Both the position numbers and the translations under genes were made by a program. Below, piece by piece: positions 48,356 to 61,126 of a stretch of DNA of 64,000 nt. Under the pieces are notes generated by a model. The model searched no databases. It saw only the letters and a program-made list of their open reading frames with translations, and was not told the origin of the DNA. Position 1 is the stretch's first letter. Every line of letters begins with the position of its first letter. Origin of the DNA: Takakia lepidozioides (Eukaryota > Plantae > Bryophyta); assembly GCA_030704615.1 (NCBI GenBank), contig CM060733.1:46066001-46130000 (forward strand), written 5' to 3'.

Positions 48356-50479
48356 GCCCCCAGTCTATGATAAAAGCTGTCTTTCCCTGATCTTCTTCTG
48401 CCACTTGCACTTGGTTATACCCACTGAAGCCATCCATGAATGAATACATCTCGTGGCCTGCCACAGTGTCCAGTACAACTTCTGTGAATGACAAAGGAAA
48501 GGGATCTTTCTTTGTACAAGCATTCAACTTCTTATAGTTCACACAAACTCTCAGTTTGCCATTCTTCTTGGGAACTATCACCATGGGTGACAACCAAGTT
48601 GTATACTCTATCTAGTATATGAACTTAGCCTCAGCCAATTTCTTGATCTCTTCCCCTCCAGTTCAATTTTATGCTGACAAATCTCAAGTAGTATCCCTTT
48701 CAGATCCTCATAGCTCCAAGCACATACATCTCTGTATTTGATAAACAGGCTCTTAGCTTCCTCAAAGAATTCTGGCTCCAAGTGAGCCCCTATTTTCACC
48801 ATTCTTGGTTCTTCCTCAGTTCCCACATTCACTTCTATCACTTGCTCTTCAGCTGTGATCGTCCATCCAGCCACTACTTCATCCTGTAAACTCACAGTCG
48901 CTGGTTCTTCCAGGATTTCCCTTTCTCCCTCTCTTTCTTCATAAAAATGTGGTGGGTAACTACTTGTTTCCCCCTCAATTGGTGTTGCTGTTACTGCACC
49001 ACAGCAGATACCTTTAAAGCAACTCATGCCTCCCAGTTGCATTTTTGCAACCTGCTTCCACTCTGGGTGTGCAACAAACATGGTAGCTTCCTGCTCCTCA
49101 TCAAGTCCACCCCTCCAGTCATACTCTCTGACTCAGATTTCTTAGTGGTGACCTATATCCCGTGCTTCCCATCATGCACAGTCAGTAACTGGGAATTCCA
49201 GTCATGAAACACCCTGGCCTGTTTCAGCCATGGTCGACCCAACAATAAGGAGTAAGCTTCCATGACATCATCCATTTTTAGCACGGCCATTGTGATCTTA
49301 AAGATCATCTTCTGAATCTATATCTTAACTCCTCTTATCAAGCCTAATGGTTGTACACTCCTTTGATCTGCCATTGTTACTGTGAATGGGGCTAGTTTCA
49401 TGTTATTTAGACCAAGCTTCTATCTTAATTGGTCTGTCATAATATTCGCCCCTAAGCCTCCATCTATCAGTACATCAGTCAAGTCTATGCTTCCAATTCT
49501 CAACTGGATTACTGGCATAGAATCATCAAAGTCCATGACTATTTCTCGCCCTTCAGGCTTTACATTATAACTGTCTACCTTGCTGCCCAGGTCTGGATTC
49601 TCTGTCACATGAGCAATTTGATTTATTGCTTGATACAACCTGTGCCTACAATGTGGTGCCACAGCCAATAGTTGACCAATGGTAATCTCCGCTTTGGACT
49701 GGCATACTACCTCAGCCAAAGTCCCTTCATTACTCTGCACTTGTGAAGCCTCTTGCTTCACTTCATCCTCACTTTCTCCATCTTCTCTTTCAGAATCAGA
49801 AGAATTTGCCATAGGGATATCAATATCCTTCTGCATTTCCCTTATGGTATCAGCCACTTCATTGTGCAGTTCCTTCTCATCTCTCTAAGCCTCATCATCT
49901 TCATTAACATCTTCTTCCTTATCCACTGGAGGTATTAGTTTAGCTTTGCTTCTGGTCACTATCATTGTACTTACTTTTGGTACAAAGCATGGCCTAACCA
50001 TGTGAGCTGCCACCACTGGCCCCTCATTCATAGGAGCTCTCATCTCATTATGGTGTCTGATCCAAAATGGACAAGCTGCTTTGCGATGTCGTGCAGGTGA
50101 TTACAATAGTAACACAGTTCTTCATCATTGGGTCCTCGCCCCTGGTCTGCTCTGGGATTATTTCTATAATCCTGATTCCCTGGCTGGTAATTCCCTCCGG
50201 GATTACCCTGATAGTTGCCTCTGGGTTTGCCATGGTAATTCCCTCTTGGATTACCTCTCCCTCCCATACGATTGTTATATCCACCAAGCCTACCATAGTG
50301 GTCCTGATCATTGTTTCTTCTTGGCTGGGGCTGCACTTGATCCACCCTCACTTGCCTAGGTTCTATTGCAGCTGTTCTTCTGTTGTAATAACAATACTCA
50401 GTAGAATGGTTATCCATTTTACAGATAGTACAATGTTTCTCCTTTATGTGACATTCAGCTGTGGTATGGCCTTCATCAT

Positions 50480-51585
50480 GGCATTTTGCACACCAAACAC
50501 CCTTCCTCCAATGTGTTGCAGCCTCTGTGACATACTTCTTCAAGATTTCTTCCAGTCTTTTCTCATAGTTGTCCCTCTTCAACTTTTCATTTTTCTTGCT
50601 CTTCCTCCTGAGCTCTTGCTCTTCTTCCTCATCTGACTCATCTTCAGAGTCAGATCATCATTTTTCTCTCTTCTGAATATCCCTAATTGCACAATTCTGT
50701 TGGCTGTTTCAAATGCCTCTTCCACTGTATTATGGGGTAGCATATCCACTTTCTTTTGTAATTCTGGTCTTAGTCCACTTACAAACCAGGTCTTCTGTAA
50801 CCCTGGTGTTGGAACAGCAACCAGCTTCTTCATCATCAACTCCATCTTCTCCATGTACTCTTCCAGAGTTTCATGCTTCTTTTTTCCTTAACTGCTGTAA
50901 ACTTCCATACACTTCATCCTCAGTTTTGCTTGTCCTGAACCTATTTCGGAATGCCGTACTAAGACCATTCTAGGTTAGGAAATGATTATCAGGAAATCTT
51001 GCATACCATTCACTTGCTTTCTTGATATTGCTTTCTTGGCATTTTGCACACCAAACACCTTTCCTCCAATGTGTTGCAGCCTCTATGGCATACTTCTTCA
51101 AGATCTCCTCCAGTCTTTTCTCATAGTTGTCCCTCCTCAACTTTTCCTTCTTCTTACTCTTCCTCTTGAGCTCTTGCTCTTGTTCCTCATCTGACTCATC
51201 TTCAGAGTCCTCATCATCCATTTTCTCTCTCCTGAGCATTCCCAATTGCTCAATTCTGTTGGCTGTTTCAAATGCCTCCTCCACTGTATTATGGGGTAGC
51301 ATATCCACTTTCTTTTGTAATTCAGGTCTTAATCCACTCACAAACCAGGTCTTCTGGAACCCTGGTGCTGGCACAACTACCAGCTTTTTCATCATCAACT
51401 CCATCTTTTCCATGTACTCTTCAACAGTTTCATGCTTCTTTTGCTTTAACTATTGCAAACTTCCAAACACTTCATCCTCAGTTTTGCTTGTCCTGAACCT
51501 CTTTCGGAATGCTGTACTAAGGCCATTCCAAGTAAGAAAATGATTATCAGGGAATCTTGCATACCATTCACTTGCTTTCTTAATA
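50480..51585 (-). repeat. 560-bp tandem duplication within gag of copy B
   Basis: KKASEWYARFPDNHFL...WRKGVWCAKC occurs twice, offset by 560 bp (e.g. 50921 versus 51481). Confidence 0.9.
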
Positions 51586-52825
51586 AGTGAACAAAGAAAC
51601 AGTCTCATCTTGGCATTATCGCCATTCTCATTGTTCACAATACACATGTGCTCAAATTGGCTGATGTGTACATTAGGATCCCCTTTCCCTGCATATATTG
51701 GGAAATGTGGTTTTTCCCGTGTTGGAGGTACCGCCATCTGTGGCCCCACACCCTGCCCTCTGACAGGTGTTGGTCCTCTTGTTGGTGTTGGTCCTTGAGG
51801 ACTTGTTGTTGTAGTGGTGGAACTCCCACCAGGTGCTGGCCCTTGAGCACTCCCAGCTACTGGCCCCTCTACACTTATAGTAACCCCAGCTACAGTTGCA
51901 CTACTTCCCACACTCCTTGTCCCCCTATAGCCAGATCCAAGCTCCCCGCCCGATCCCCCTAAGCCGACACCTTCGTTGGCCTGTGATTCAAGTGCTCCAC
52001 GCGCTGTGGGTTTGTTCCCCTTCCTCTACCGGACTTAATCCTATCTGGGGAATGTAGTCGATAGATGGCTGGTTCTTCCGGTATGGGTGATGTACTCTTT
52101 GATCTTAATGGTGTGAGAGGTCCAGATGATTCCCCTATGTCTATTCCCCTCTCCCAAAGATATGGATAATTAGCTTTCAAATAACTTTCTCTTTTCGCTG
52201 AATATCTGTGGAGTCTAGCTTCTCTTTCATCACTCATGTCCCATGTCTTTCATATCTTTAATGAGGCAATAACCAAAACTCTCTTCTGTAGTACCTCTCG
52301 TATATGCCTGGATTTCTTTCAATCTTCAATGCACCTTTGGCTATACCAGAAGTCTCCGTTACCATATAACCATATGGCAGGCACGTCTAAAAAGTTGTTC
52401 TTGGTGTAAGTTTGATCCACAAGATATCCTTGGGAATCTAATTCTTTACCAGTACAAGTTCTTCATGCATATGAGTGTAAACATTCACTTTCCGTTCCTC
52501 CCAGCCTTCAAACTCCACTCGTTTGATGGATAGCAATGCTATCACATAAACCAGTGTTGGTAACCAACTTGCTCTCCCTCTACAGGCCACTTGATAAATC
52601 TTTATCACTCCTTTCTCCAGACCCCACTCTGGATCTGCATCATGCATTCTCTTAAGAATGTTTTCTTTGCAATCGTCTGGCAATTCTAAGAACCTCTGAA
52701 AGAATTTTTAGGACAATCTTTCTTTCTCAGTTCCACAGGGAATTTGATTCATATCAAATTCTTTAATTCTCCATCCACCATGATCCCACCAGATGCCTGT
52801 CACATCTGGTTGTTCTTGACTTAGT

Positions 52826-52843
52826 TCCCCAGTATGGTTGCCA
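52826..52843 (-). promoter_or_regulatory. Primer-binding site, tRNA-Arg-like (degenerate)
   Basis: TGGCAACCATACTGGGGA lies 2 nt after the LTR's terminal CA and resembles the plant Arg PBS TGGCGACTCCACTGGGGA. Confidence 0.65.
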
Positions 52844-53343
52844 ATTGTCGAACGGCTTTTACTCACCCATCCCTTCGCTATTCGAGGTGGAAACTCCAAG
52901 ATAGAAGAGTTGGATATCTCTAAGCACTCAGCCCGCTCAGAACAATCAGTCATGACCTACAACTAGTGTATCATGGAAGTGCTTCCCGTTTGTATTCCTT
53001 CTTGCTTTCATATCAGCGAATTTATCTTACTGCTTATATTCAAGCATCAGATTGCTTCAGCAATCCACCAGGTTCCAATCACTCATCCATTCATTCCACA
53101 GCTTCACTCAGGTCTCTCTACACAGTGTGAGTATGGAATATGTATCATATTAAGTTCTATAAGATATCAGGCCGAAGCCATGGTGTCCCTAGTTTGCTCT
53201 ACAGTGTATATCTACAGCTTGCATGAACATCAAGCATCTACAGATCGTCTCTCCTCCTTCACCGTGCTCTCCATTCTTGCTCCCGTTCGTGCTCTCCGCC
53301 TGATCTCCTCTACTCATATCCAAGAAATGCTCCTCCAGAAGTA

Positions 53344-54320
53344 AGTCGAGCGGCTTTTACTCACCCATCCCTTCGCTATCCGAGGTGGAAACTCCAAGAT
53401 AGAAGAGTTGGATAACTCTAAGCACTCAGCACGCTCAGAACAATCAGTCAGGACCTACAGCTAGTGTATCATGGTAGTGCTTCCTGTTTGTATTCTTCCT
53501 TGCCTTCATGTCAGCAAATTACCTTACCGTTTATATTAAAACATCAGATTGCTTCAGCAATCTTCCAGGTTCCAATCACTCTTCCATCCATTCCACAGCT
53601 TCCCTCAGGTCTCTCTACACAGTGTGAGTATGGAGTTTGTATTAGATTAAATTATATCAAGCTACAGGTCGAAGCCATGGTGTCTCTAATCTGCTCTACA
53701 GTCTAACTCTACAGCTTGCATTCATCAAGCATCAACAGATCGCGTCCTCTCCATCACTATGCTCTCCATCCTTGCTCTAGTTTGTGCTCTCCACCTGATC
53801 TCCTCTTCCCCTGACCAAGAAGTGCCCTCCTAGAAGAAGTCCTCGTCCAAAAGTAGTCCTCCAATGTTGCTGCTCTGCCTAATTTATCTGCAAGCTGTTC
53901 TAACCGCGTAACTAACTAACTGTCACTCAAGAAGTAAGCACGTTCCCTCTGCAGAGGTCGTTCCCACAGAGTCGTTCCCTACTAATGATAACCATTCCCT
54001 ACGTACGCTGTGATGGGATGTGCCAAGCTGTGTCGGGCTGTGACTGTGCTGAGCTGTGACTGGTTGTGTCGGAGTTGGGTTGTGTAAGGCTGTGTCTGGC
54101 TGTGACAAGCCGTGTCAGGCTGTGACAGACTGTGATAGGCTGTGTACGACTGTGTAAGGATGTGACTGAGTGTGTAAGCCTGTCTACCACCCCTAAAGCC
54201 TGTGCCTGTCACCCCTAAGGCCTCTGTTGGTCTAAGTCTACCATCCATAAGCCTGCGCAAAAATTAAGGGTACCCCACATAACCCGTAAAAGTGTTCAAG
54301 TCCCAGACAGCCCTCTAACA
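53344..54320 (-). mobile_element. Solo LTR of the A/B family nested inside the 5' LTR of copy B
   Basis: A complete LTR flanked by AAGTA/AAGTG. Removing it rejoins 52846-53343 and 54326-54746 into one colinear LTR. Confidence 0.8.
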
Positions 54321-54746
54321 AAGTGATCCCCTCCTTGTTGCTGCTCTGCCTAATCTATCTGCAAGTTGTTCTAACCGCCTAACTAACTAATTGCCACCCA
54401 AGAAGTAACACGTTGCCTCTGGCAGATGTCGTTCCCACACAGTCGTTCTCTGCCAATGATAACCGTTCCCTATGTACGCTGTGACGGCTGTGCCAAGCTG
54501 TGTCGGGCTGTGTTGGGCTGTGACTGGCTGTCTCGGACTGTGTGAAGCTGTGTCGGGATGTGTCGGGCTGTGACTGGCTGTGTCGGACTGTGTGAAGCTG
54601 TGTAATGCTATGACTGACAATATAAGCCTGTCTACCACCCCCAAGGCCTGTGCTGGTCCAAGTCTACCATCCGTAAGTCTGTGCAAAAATTAAGGGTACC
54701 CCATAGAACCCGTAAAAGTGTCTAAGTCCCAGACAACAATCTAACA

Positions 54747-57272
54747 TCATGCTCCAGGCAGATACGGCCAATCTGGACTCTACGGCAAACACACTCAATA
54801 CGTTCTGCTTGGCCTCTGGGTTCAAAGTGAACTGGAACAAGACTTCAGCACTCTTGGTGGGTGACCTCATGGCTACAACCTTAGACCCAGTGCCAACTTG
54901 GGGCTTCCAACATGGCCTCAAATGGCTTCAGCCAGGTGAATCTACAAAATTGCTAGGATACACCTTTGGCATTGGCCTATCGGACGATCAGAGATTTGCC
55001 CCAATCCTAGCCAATCTTAAGCGCCAGCTTTCATTTTGGGGTTCTAAACATCTGACCATCTCAGGAAGAGCTCTTATAGCCAAACAAATCTTGGAGGCAG
55101 GAATCTGGTACTTTGCCTCTTCTTGGAGACCGGACACCAAGCATATCAGGGAGATCACCCACCTTCTAAGGAACTTCATATGGGGTGTGCAAAAAGCTGG
55201 GTAGGGGAAAAGGCCACAAGTAGCTTGGAAACAAATCTATATGCCCAAAAAACTAGGAGGATTAGGGGTCTTGGATCCTGAAACCCAAATAACGGCTCTC
55301 TTGGGGAAATGGATTCCTCGCTTTCTTGGTCCAAAAGGGGGATGGTGGAAGTTCCTTGTGGCCCCACACATTATGCAGGCTTCGCCCCTCAAAAAGGCCA
55401 AATGGAACCCCTCCTTCAGATGGGCGACACAAGGGTTTAAACACAAGATGGCAGGGTCCCCGCTCTGGCAAACCATATGGAGAGGCTGGGACAAACTGAG
55501 GAAATTCCTGGAAAAGGCAGACCCTACATCATTCTACGAAACCATTCGCCAAAGCCTCTTTCTCAATTCTAACTTTCCATCGGCTATCCAAAAGAAGGAG
55601 GCAAAACGATGGTCAGCCTGGGATCACCTTGGAATTTCCCAGATCAGTCATTTATGGGCAAATGGGGACTGGAAATCACTGGACACCATCGCCATAATGG
55701 TTGGTAAAGCGAGAGCCTCAAAGGCTTGGAAGAAATCAAACGATCCATCTCTCCCCAATGGCAAACCACCCTGCAGTTGGGATCGAAGTTGCCCCAGCAC
55801 AACCATTGGGCTCTGGCTATCTTCCGAGGCAGCCTCTCCATCTTCTTTGTACAAGAATCCACTGCCTCGCATCATGCCATCTTCCCCTTCTACATCGATC
55901 AGGGCTCAATGCTGCTTCAGCTCCTCTCAGATCAAATCATTCACATTCCTTGGACCCCCCTAACCCCGGTCAGAATCTTTGGATGGAGTCTTCCTTCCAA
56001 GGAGATGAACCCTATCCCGCCACCCTTGGAAACCACCGCCGAATGGCTGCAGGCTAATACATTCTTCTGGGTCCTAGCCAGACCTCTGACTGAGCTTCCC
56101 TGGATTTGGGTGAATGGTCATGGAGCTGTCCCAGTGGTCCCCACCCATTCTTCACCTACTCTACAAAACATGATACAAAGCCCTATTGAACGCCAAGCCA
56201 TTACAATCTAAGTGGGACACAAGGTGGCACCACCACGGATTTCTTAACGAGAAATGGACAATCATCTGGGGATATGTCTGGATCAAGACACGTCCAGCCA
56301 AGGTGGCGACCCTCCTCTGGCAGATTGCTAATAGGGTACTGAAAGTGGGGGAGTGGCTTCAATTCCATTCCTCGCTCCTCTGCGCATGCTGCCCTTTGGG
56401 TATTTTGGAAACCATAGAGCATGCGCTTCTAGGATGCCTTGCCCCCCGTACCATCTGGCCTCTTGTTAAGGAATTTTATAGCCACTGGAGCCCCATGCCT
56501 CTATCAGTTACTGACATCCTCCTCAATTACAACCCTCAATCCAAACAAAAATCTCTCCCATGCCCTGTATTCGAAGCCCTTAGAGGATCCGTCCTATGGC
56601 ACCTGTGGAAAGCCAGATGCACCAAAACCTTTGGAAACACTACCTCAATATCTGCATTCATGGCACTCATCTTCTATGATTTGGGTATTGAATCCCGTAA
56701 GGCCTGGGATTAACTTTGTGCAGACATCCAACGCAATTCAAGAGGAGCGGAGGCCATCTACGAGGCATTCAGGAACACCTGGGCGCGTCACGACCTCATC
56801 TGTGTCACCTCCTCGGAGGACTCCTGCACCTGGCTAGAGCTTCCACCCTTACAATGGCGAAACATGCGCTTGATAATCCACAGCTTCCCCGGAATTCGAC
56901 CGGGAGGTTAACTGGAAACACATAAAATCCACAACGACAGCTTCTAGGCTCAATTACCGTTGAACAATAATTAGCCTGTGGGATTCGTTGGTTGCTAATC
57001 CCTAGGATACTTCCTGATCGGATTGGCCTACTTATATCCCAACTCTACTATTAATGGACTGATCGCTTTAGGCAGTTGGTCGCCACAGTTGTCTTGCTAC
57101 ATGGCATGGTCAAAGGAGTCGCTCTCCGGCTAAGTTCTCCATCCACTGATCATGGTGAGTGTGCCAAGGGGTTTTAATTTTTTCCCCCAAATACCCCTAA
57201 GCCCCCCAAAATATTTTATAATAAAGTTAACCAGGGCATTATCCCCCTGTTAACCTAAAAAAAACAAAAAAA
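54747..57272 (+). mobile_element. L1/Tx1-like LINE, 3' part of ORF2 (RT end, zf-RVT), 3' UTR and poly(A)
   Basis: SGFKVNWNKT, LTISGRALIAKQIL, VAWKQI.MPKKLGGLG, CPLGILETIEHALLGC, LWHLWKAR. A-rich tail at 57257-57272. Cut at its 5' side by the LTR of copy B. Confidence 0.9.
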
Positions 57273-58644
57273 CATGAGAAGGTTTTTTCTGGAATTTTTA
57301 GGCATTAGTCACTTTGGTCCCATAATTTCCGTGCTAATTCCCGAAACGCGTTAGGCACTTTCAGTTTGAATTAATTATTAGTTCTGTTCATAACGGAATT
57401 TCGTACAAACAAAACCGTATGCCGAAAGGTGAAGCTGAGGTAACTTGGGAAGAGGAATGGAATACATGTGTGTGCTAGGAAAGCAGCGTGGACGTGGGCA
57501 TGACGACTGGAAGACACTGGTCCCTCATGAGAATTGAATCGAGATGCCTCAACAACAGACTGTTGGATTGCCAAAACATAGGTAAAAGTTCCATGATCAC
57601 ATCTCCCGCCCACCATCCCCCCGGCGGACTCCATTGAATACCAGTATATCAAGCAAGCGATATTTTGTGTTCAATTGATCTTCCATGCAAACACCTCCTC
57701 ACATGCACTGAAGCTAGTTCGTCGTTGGTGAATCAGTATAGACGGAATTCTTGCCAGGAGTGGATTTTAATGTACTGCATATGCTCACAGTACAAGAAGA
57801 CACGTATATATGTAAACTTCCTTAGGATACCACATTCCTTCACATTCACATCTCACTCCAATTTACCCAGGAGGGATGTGTATGATTGTGGAGACGCAAT
57901 TCTTTGGAGGTGCAATATTACAGACCCAACCCCTACACCTTACAGAAGAATCTAGAGCTCCAAAAGCATTGCTTAGTTATTACAAGCCATTTTGGGATTC
58001 CACGGCCTCCCAGGTAGGAAGAGAGCTACTTGTACATTTGAACATGCAGAATGATCACTAAGACACACAACCTGCTCATCAAGTTCTCAACAGTCAGTTC
58101 GCCTTTCATTAAAGGTCTGGACACGAATTGAGCCGACAACATCTACACATGTTCACGAGTCATAAACTGGACTGGCAAGCCCAAGAACCCCCATATGAAT
58201 CATGCATCGTACAACAATTACTAGGATAGGCAGCTGTGGACAAGGCTCAGGGGAAACCCAGGTGTAAATATCGAACATTTGCCGGAGACCTGAGAACTGG
58301 AAATCAGTTTTGCTTGATCTCTTTCAGACTACATGATCCTTCTTCTTCATAGACATCGGGTCAAATATGAAGACTGGCCAGTCCTTTTGGGCACCTGAAG
58401 CTGGCTGCACCGGTTTCAGAGAAACACATGAGATAGTGCAGTGTAGGATCACACGAACGAAGAGATCTCCAGGAATCGTCCGCCCTTTGACATAGATCTT
58501 TTCACGGCCTGCTTCAATATACGATCATACTTTTAAGAGAATTGCTGACTTCAGATCCGGACGATGAGCTGGGATTTGACAAACCAACTTCCTGTACAGA
58601 TCTCATCAACATGTGTACTAGCTTACATGAGCAAATGCCATGAA

Positions 58645-60867
58645 TCAAACAGACTTCAGTTGTTTAGCTTTTACGTCACAAGGTTCACGGAGGGTTCCAA
58701 AGATCCAGTCCATGAAAACAGTATAGTGGCCATAGTTGTGGCGGTACGTGGTGTGGTGGATGGCGTGGAAGCCAGCCCCCATCACACCCCACACCCTGCC
58801 ATCGATGCAGTCGTGAATGTTGGTTGACCACACACCCTCCAAGAACAGCAGCAGCTCGTGTGTGAAAAAATGCATCGGCACCACAAACAGTACCAGCACA
58901 TGTGGCGCTGCCTGCAGGATTCCGTCCACCGGATGAAAGGCCAAGCCTGCGACCTCCAACAGTAAGTATATAAATGTTGCTAGATGCATCCTCCCATTCT
59001 TCCGAGGTCATCACGAGGACATTCGATTGAGCTTTGACGGATCCATCAAGCAAGAAGTCCGAATTGCTGAGTACCAAGTGAGTGACAGGGCACGGATGAT
59101 TGCACATATATGAAAACTAAAAACTGTACATAAATCTGTCTTCTCGTCTGGAACGAGGATATGAGCCATATGGTGGACTGATGTCTTACTCACTTACCTG
59201 CCTTCATCTGGAACCCTTTCCAACCAGAGGGCATCTCACATGTTGCCATAGCTCAAGAGTGAGCACAGGCACCCTTCACATGTGGCACAAGTTTAGAAAA
59301 TTAGTAGTTACCTCGACTAGTACCAGCTGATAACTTGAGGCTGACAATCGCAGTTCAGACGAGCAATACGGCAAACACTCAACCCATAGCATGTTCAGGA
59401 ATAGTAGGAAATCTCTGGCCAGCAGTCTGTGCCATTTTAGGTGCTCATGAATCCATGTGCAGAAACTGCTGGCAAACGAAAAGCTTAGTTTGGAGGGCCA
59501 ATGATGCTTGTGGCACCACATCAAGATTATTTCCATGCCCAAGAACTATGTTATGTACAGAAAGGTGCTTAGGAAGACTTTACAACAAATCCAGTCCGTG
59601 AACATCCCAGTGAACGTGCCAGTTCCAGACACTATGCGGATCACTCTGGATGTCATGCACATTGTGAGCTTCCGAGAAATCCCTCAATTTTTCTAAGAGC
59701 ATCAACTGTGCCCCCCAATGGGACACAGTAGAACCGCCGAGAAGGAACACGGAGACAAAAAAAACAAATGAATCAGAAGCCTGGCTGTAAGTAATAAAGT
59801 TGAGAGGGGCATAGAGAGAGAGAGAGAGAGAGAGAGCTCAGAAACCTGCAAAAGGTGACAGCGTGTCTTGTTTGTTGTATATATGATGAGTGGCATGAAG
59901 GTGCTTATAGAGTGGTTTGATGTCATGCAGCCCACGGTGCATCCAGTAGATGCCAAACTCCACCAAAGCTAAGTATGTGGCCACAAAGCCCAGGTAAGTA
60001 GGCCAGCCCACTGCGTCTACCCGCGAGTAACACCTCGTCCATCCTTGCTCCACCATATACTCCGACACTGTGGGCAGGACTATGTAGAATGGCATCGCCT
60101 GCATTGACACTCGGATCTGCAACATAATTGGCCCTGTCCCCGGAATGCCGCCTGAAAGCGATGCAAGAACAGAATGAGACCTAGCTAGCAGCCAATATAT
60201 CCGGGCAAGATTGCTCTATTAATCATAGAGTGGCAGGAGCAGCCTGAGGATGGCTATCTACCCATAAATTGCCATCTGTAGTAACAGGATGCTGGCATTC
60301 ACAACCCTTGAAAGATGGAACTACCAACTATGGACCTGTGTAGGAACCAAGTGCAAGAGGCCCTCAACTAACGAGCATACAGAGACTATGAATCTCAGCA
60401 TTTGAATGTTTAACTAAGTTTGTGTCCAGAATTTTTAGGTGGTGCCAGGTTTTCTATTGCTATCTGTCCGACTGACCTGCAGGGAAGAAGACATGCCATT
60501 TCCATCGATACACATAAAGGCACCACAACCCGCTAGACAGAAAGTAGACGGTTACACCTGCTACGTAGTTCCGCAACCATGTCTGAACAACGTGAGGTAT
60601 ACGCTCCCTCAGTCCTGAAGGCATCCATGGGCCCAGCACCAAATCGTTATACAGCTGTGTTTCTGCAAGGAACAGATGCAAATTCTGTGTGCTGCCAAAT
60701 CTCTTTACATGCCCAAGCAACGGTTTAAGGGAGATGAATGCATTGGGGACCTTCTCCACAACCGAATCATAAATGGGTGATCCACTGAAGCCCACTGATC
60801 CCGCTATCAAAGGCAGGACTGCCACGGTGCATACGATCAGGAGAAGAAGAAGGGACGGTGGTGCCAT
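58645..60867 (-). CDS. STE1: Delta(7)-sterol-C5(6)-desaturase (STE1/DWARF7); exons 60867-60477, 60151-59846, 58946-58645 (332 aa)
   Basis: [84 protein letters not shown]. Three His boxes. GT-AG introns give a 999-nt intact frame. Confidence 0.95.
59812..59836. repeat. (AG)n microsatellite in STE1 intron 2
   Basis: About 12 AG units. Confidence 0.9.
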
Positions 60868-61126
60868 TGCGGATGCCCGGCCTTCCCTCCAACAGGGAGA
60901 GACGTGTATGCACTTGCAGTTAGCGCCCATCGCAGACTCAACAACCTTCACAGTCATCGGACGAGTGTTATGCCTCTTCTCAGTTCAATGTTATTCGTCA
61001 GATTCAGGAGTCAGATATGACATTCTTACGGGCTACTAATTCAGAATTTCTCGGTATGATACGTTCATCCCTGTGGGCTCGCTAACTGTGTCTCCTCCAC
61101 CTAAATAACTCCAATCTAGTGTACAG
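60868..61126. promoter_or_regulatory. Compact divergent (probably bidirectional) promoter region
   Basis: Only ~260 bp separate the opposing start codons of two intact genes. Confidence 0.55.

Larger units (their letters stand above)
43439..54746 (-). mobile_element. Ty3/gypsy copy B (same family as A): 5' LTR, PBS, gag, PR, RT, RH, INT, start of extra ORF; 3'-truncated
   Basis: LTR at 54746-52846 and PBS. gag with CCHC knuckles (CAKCHDEGHTTAEC, CTICKMDNHSTEYC). pol colinear with copy A. Many stops and frameshifts. Confidence 0.93.

Noticed and set aside
38686-54751. 38686 LTR fragment as the true 3' LTR of copy B
   Set aside because: The flanks AGCTG and TCATG do not form a TSD, so the pairing is unsupported.
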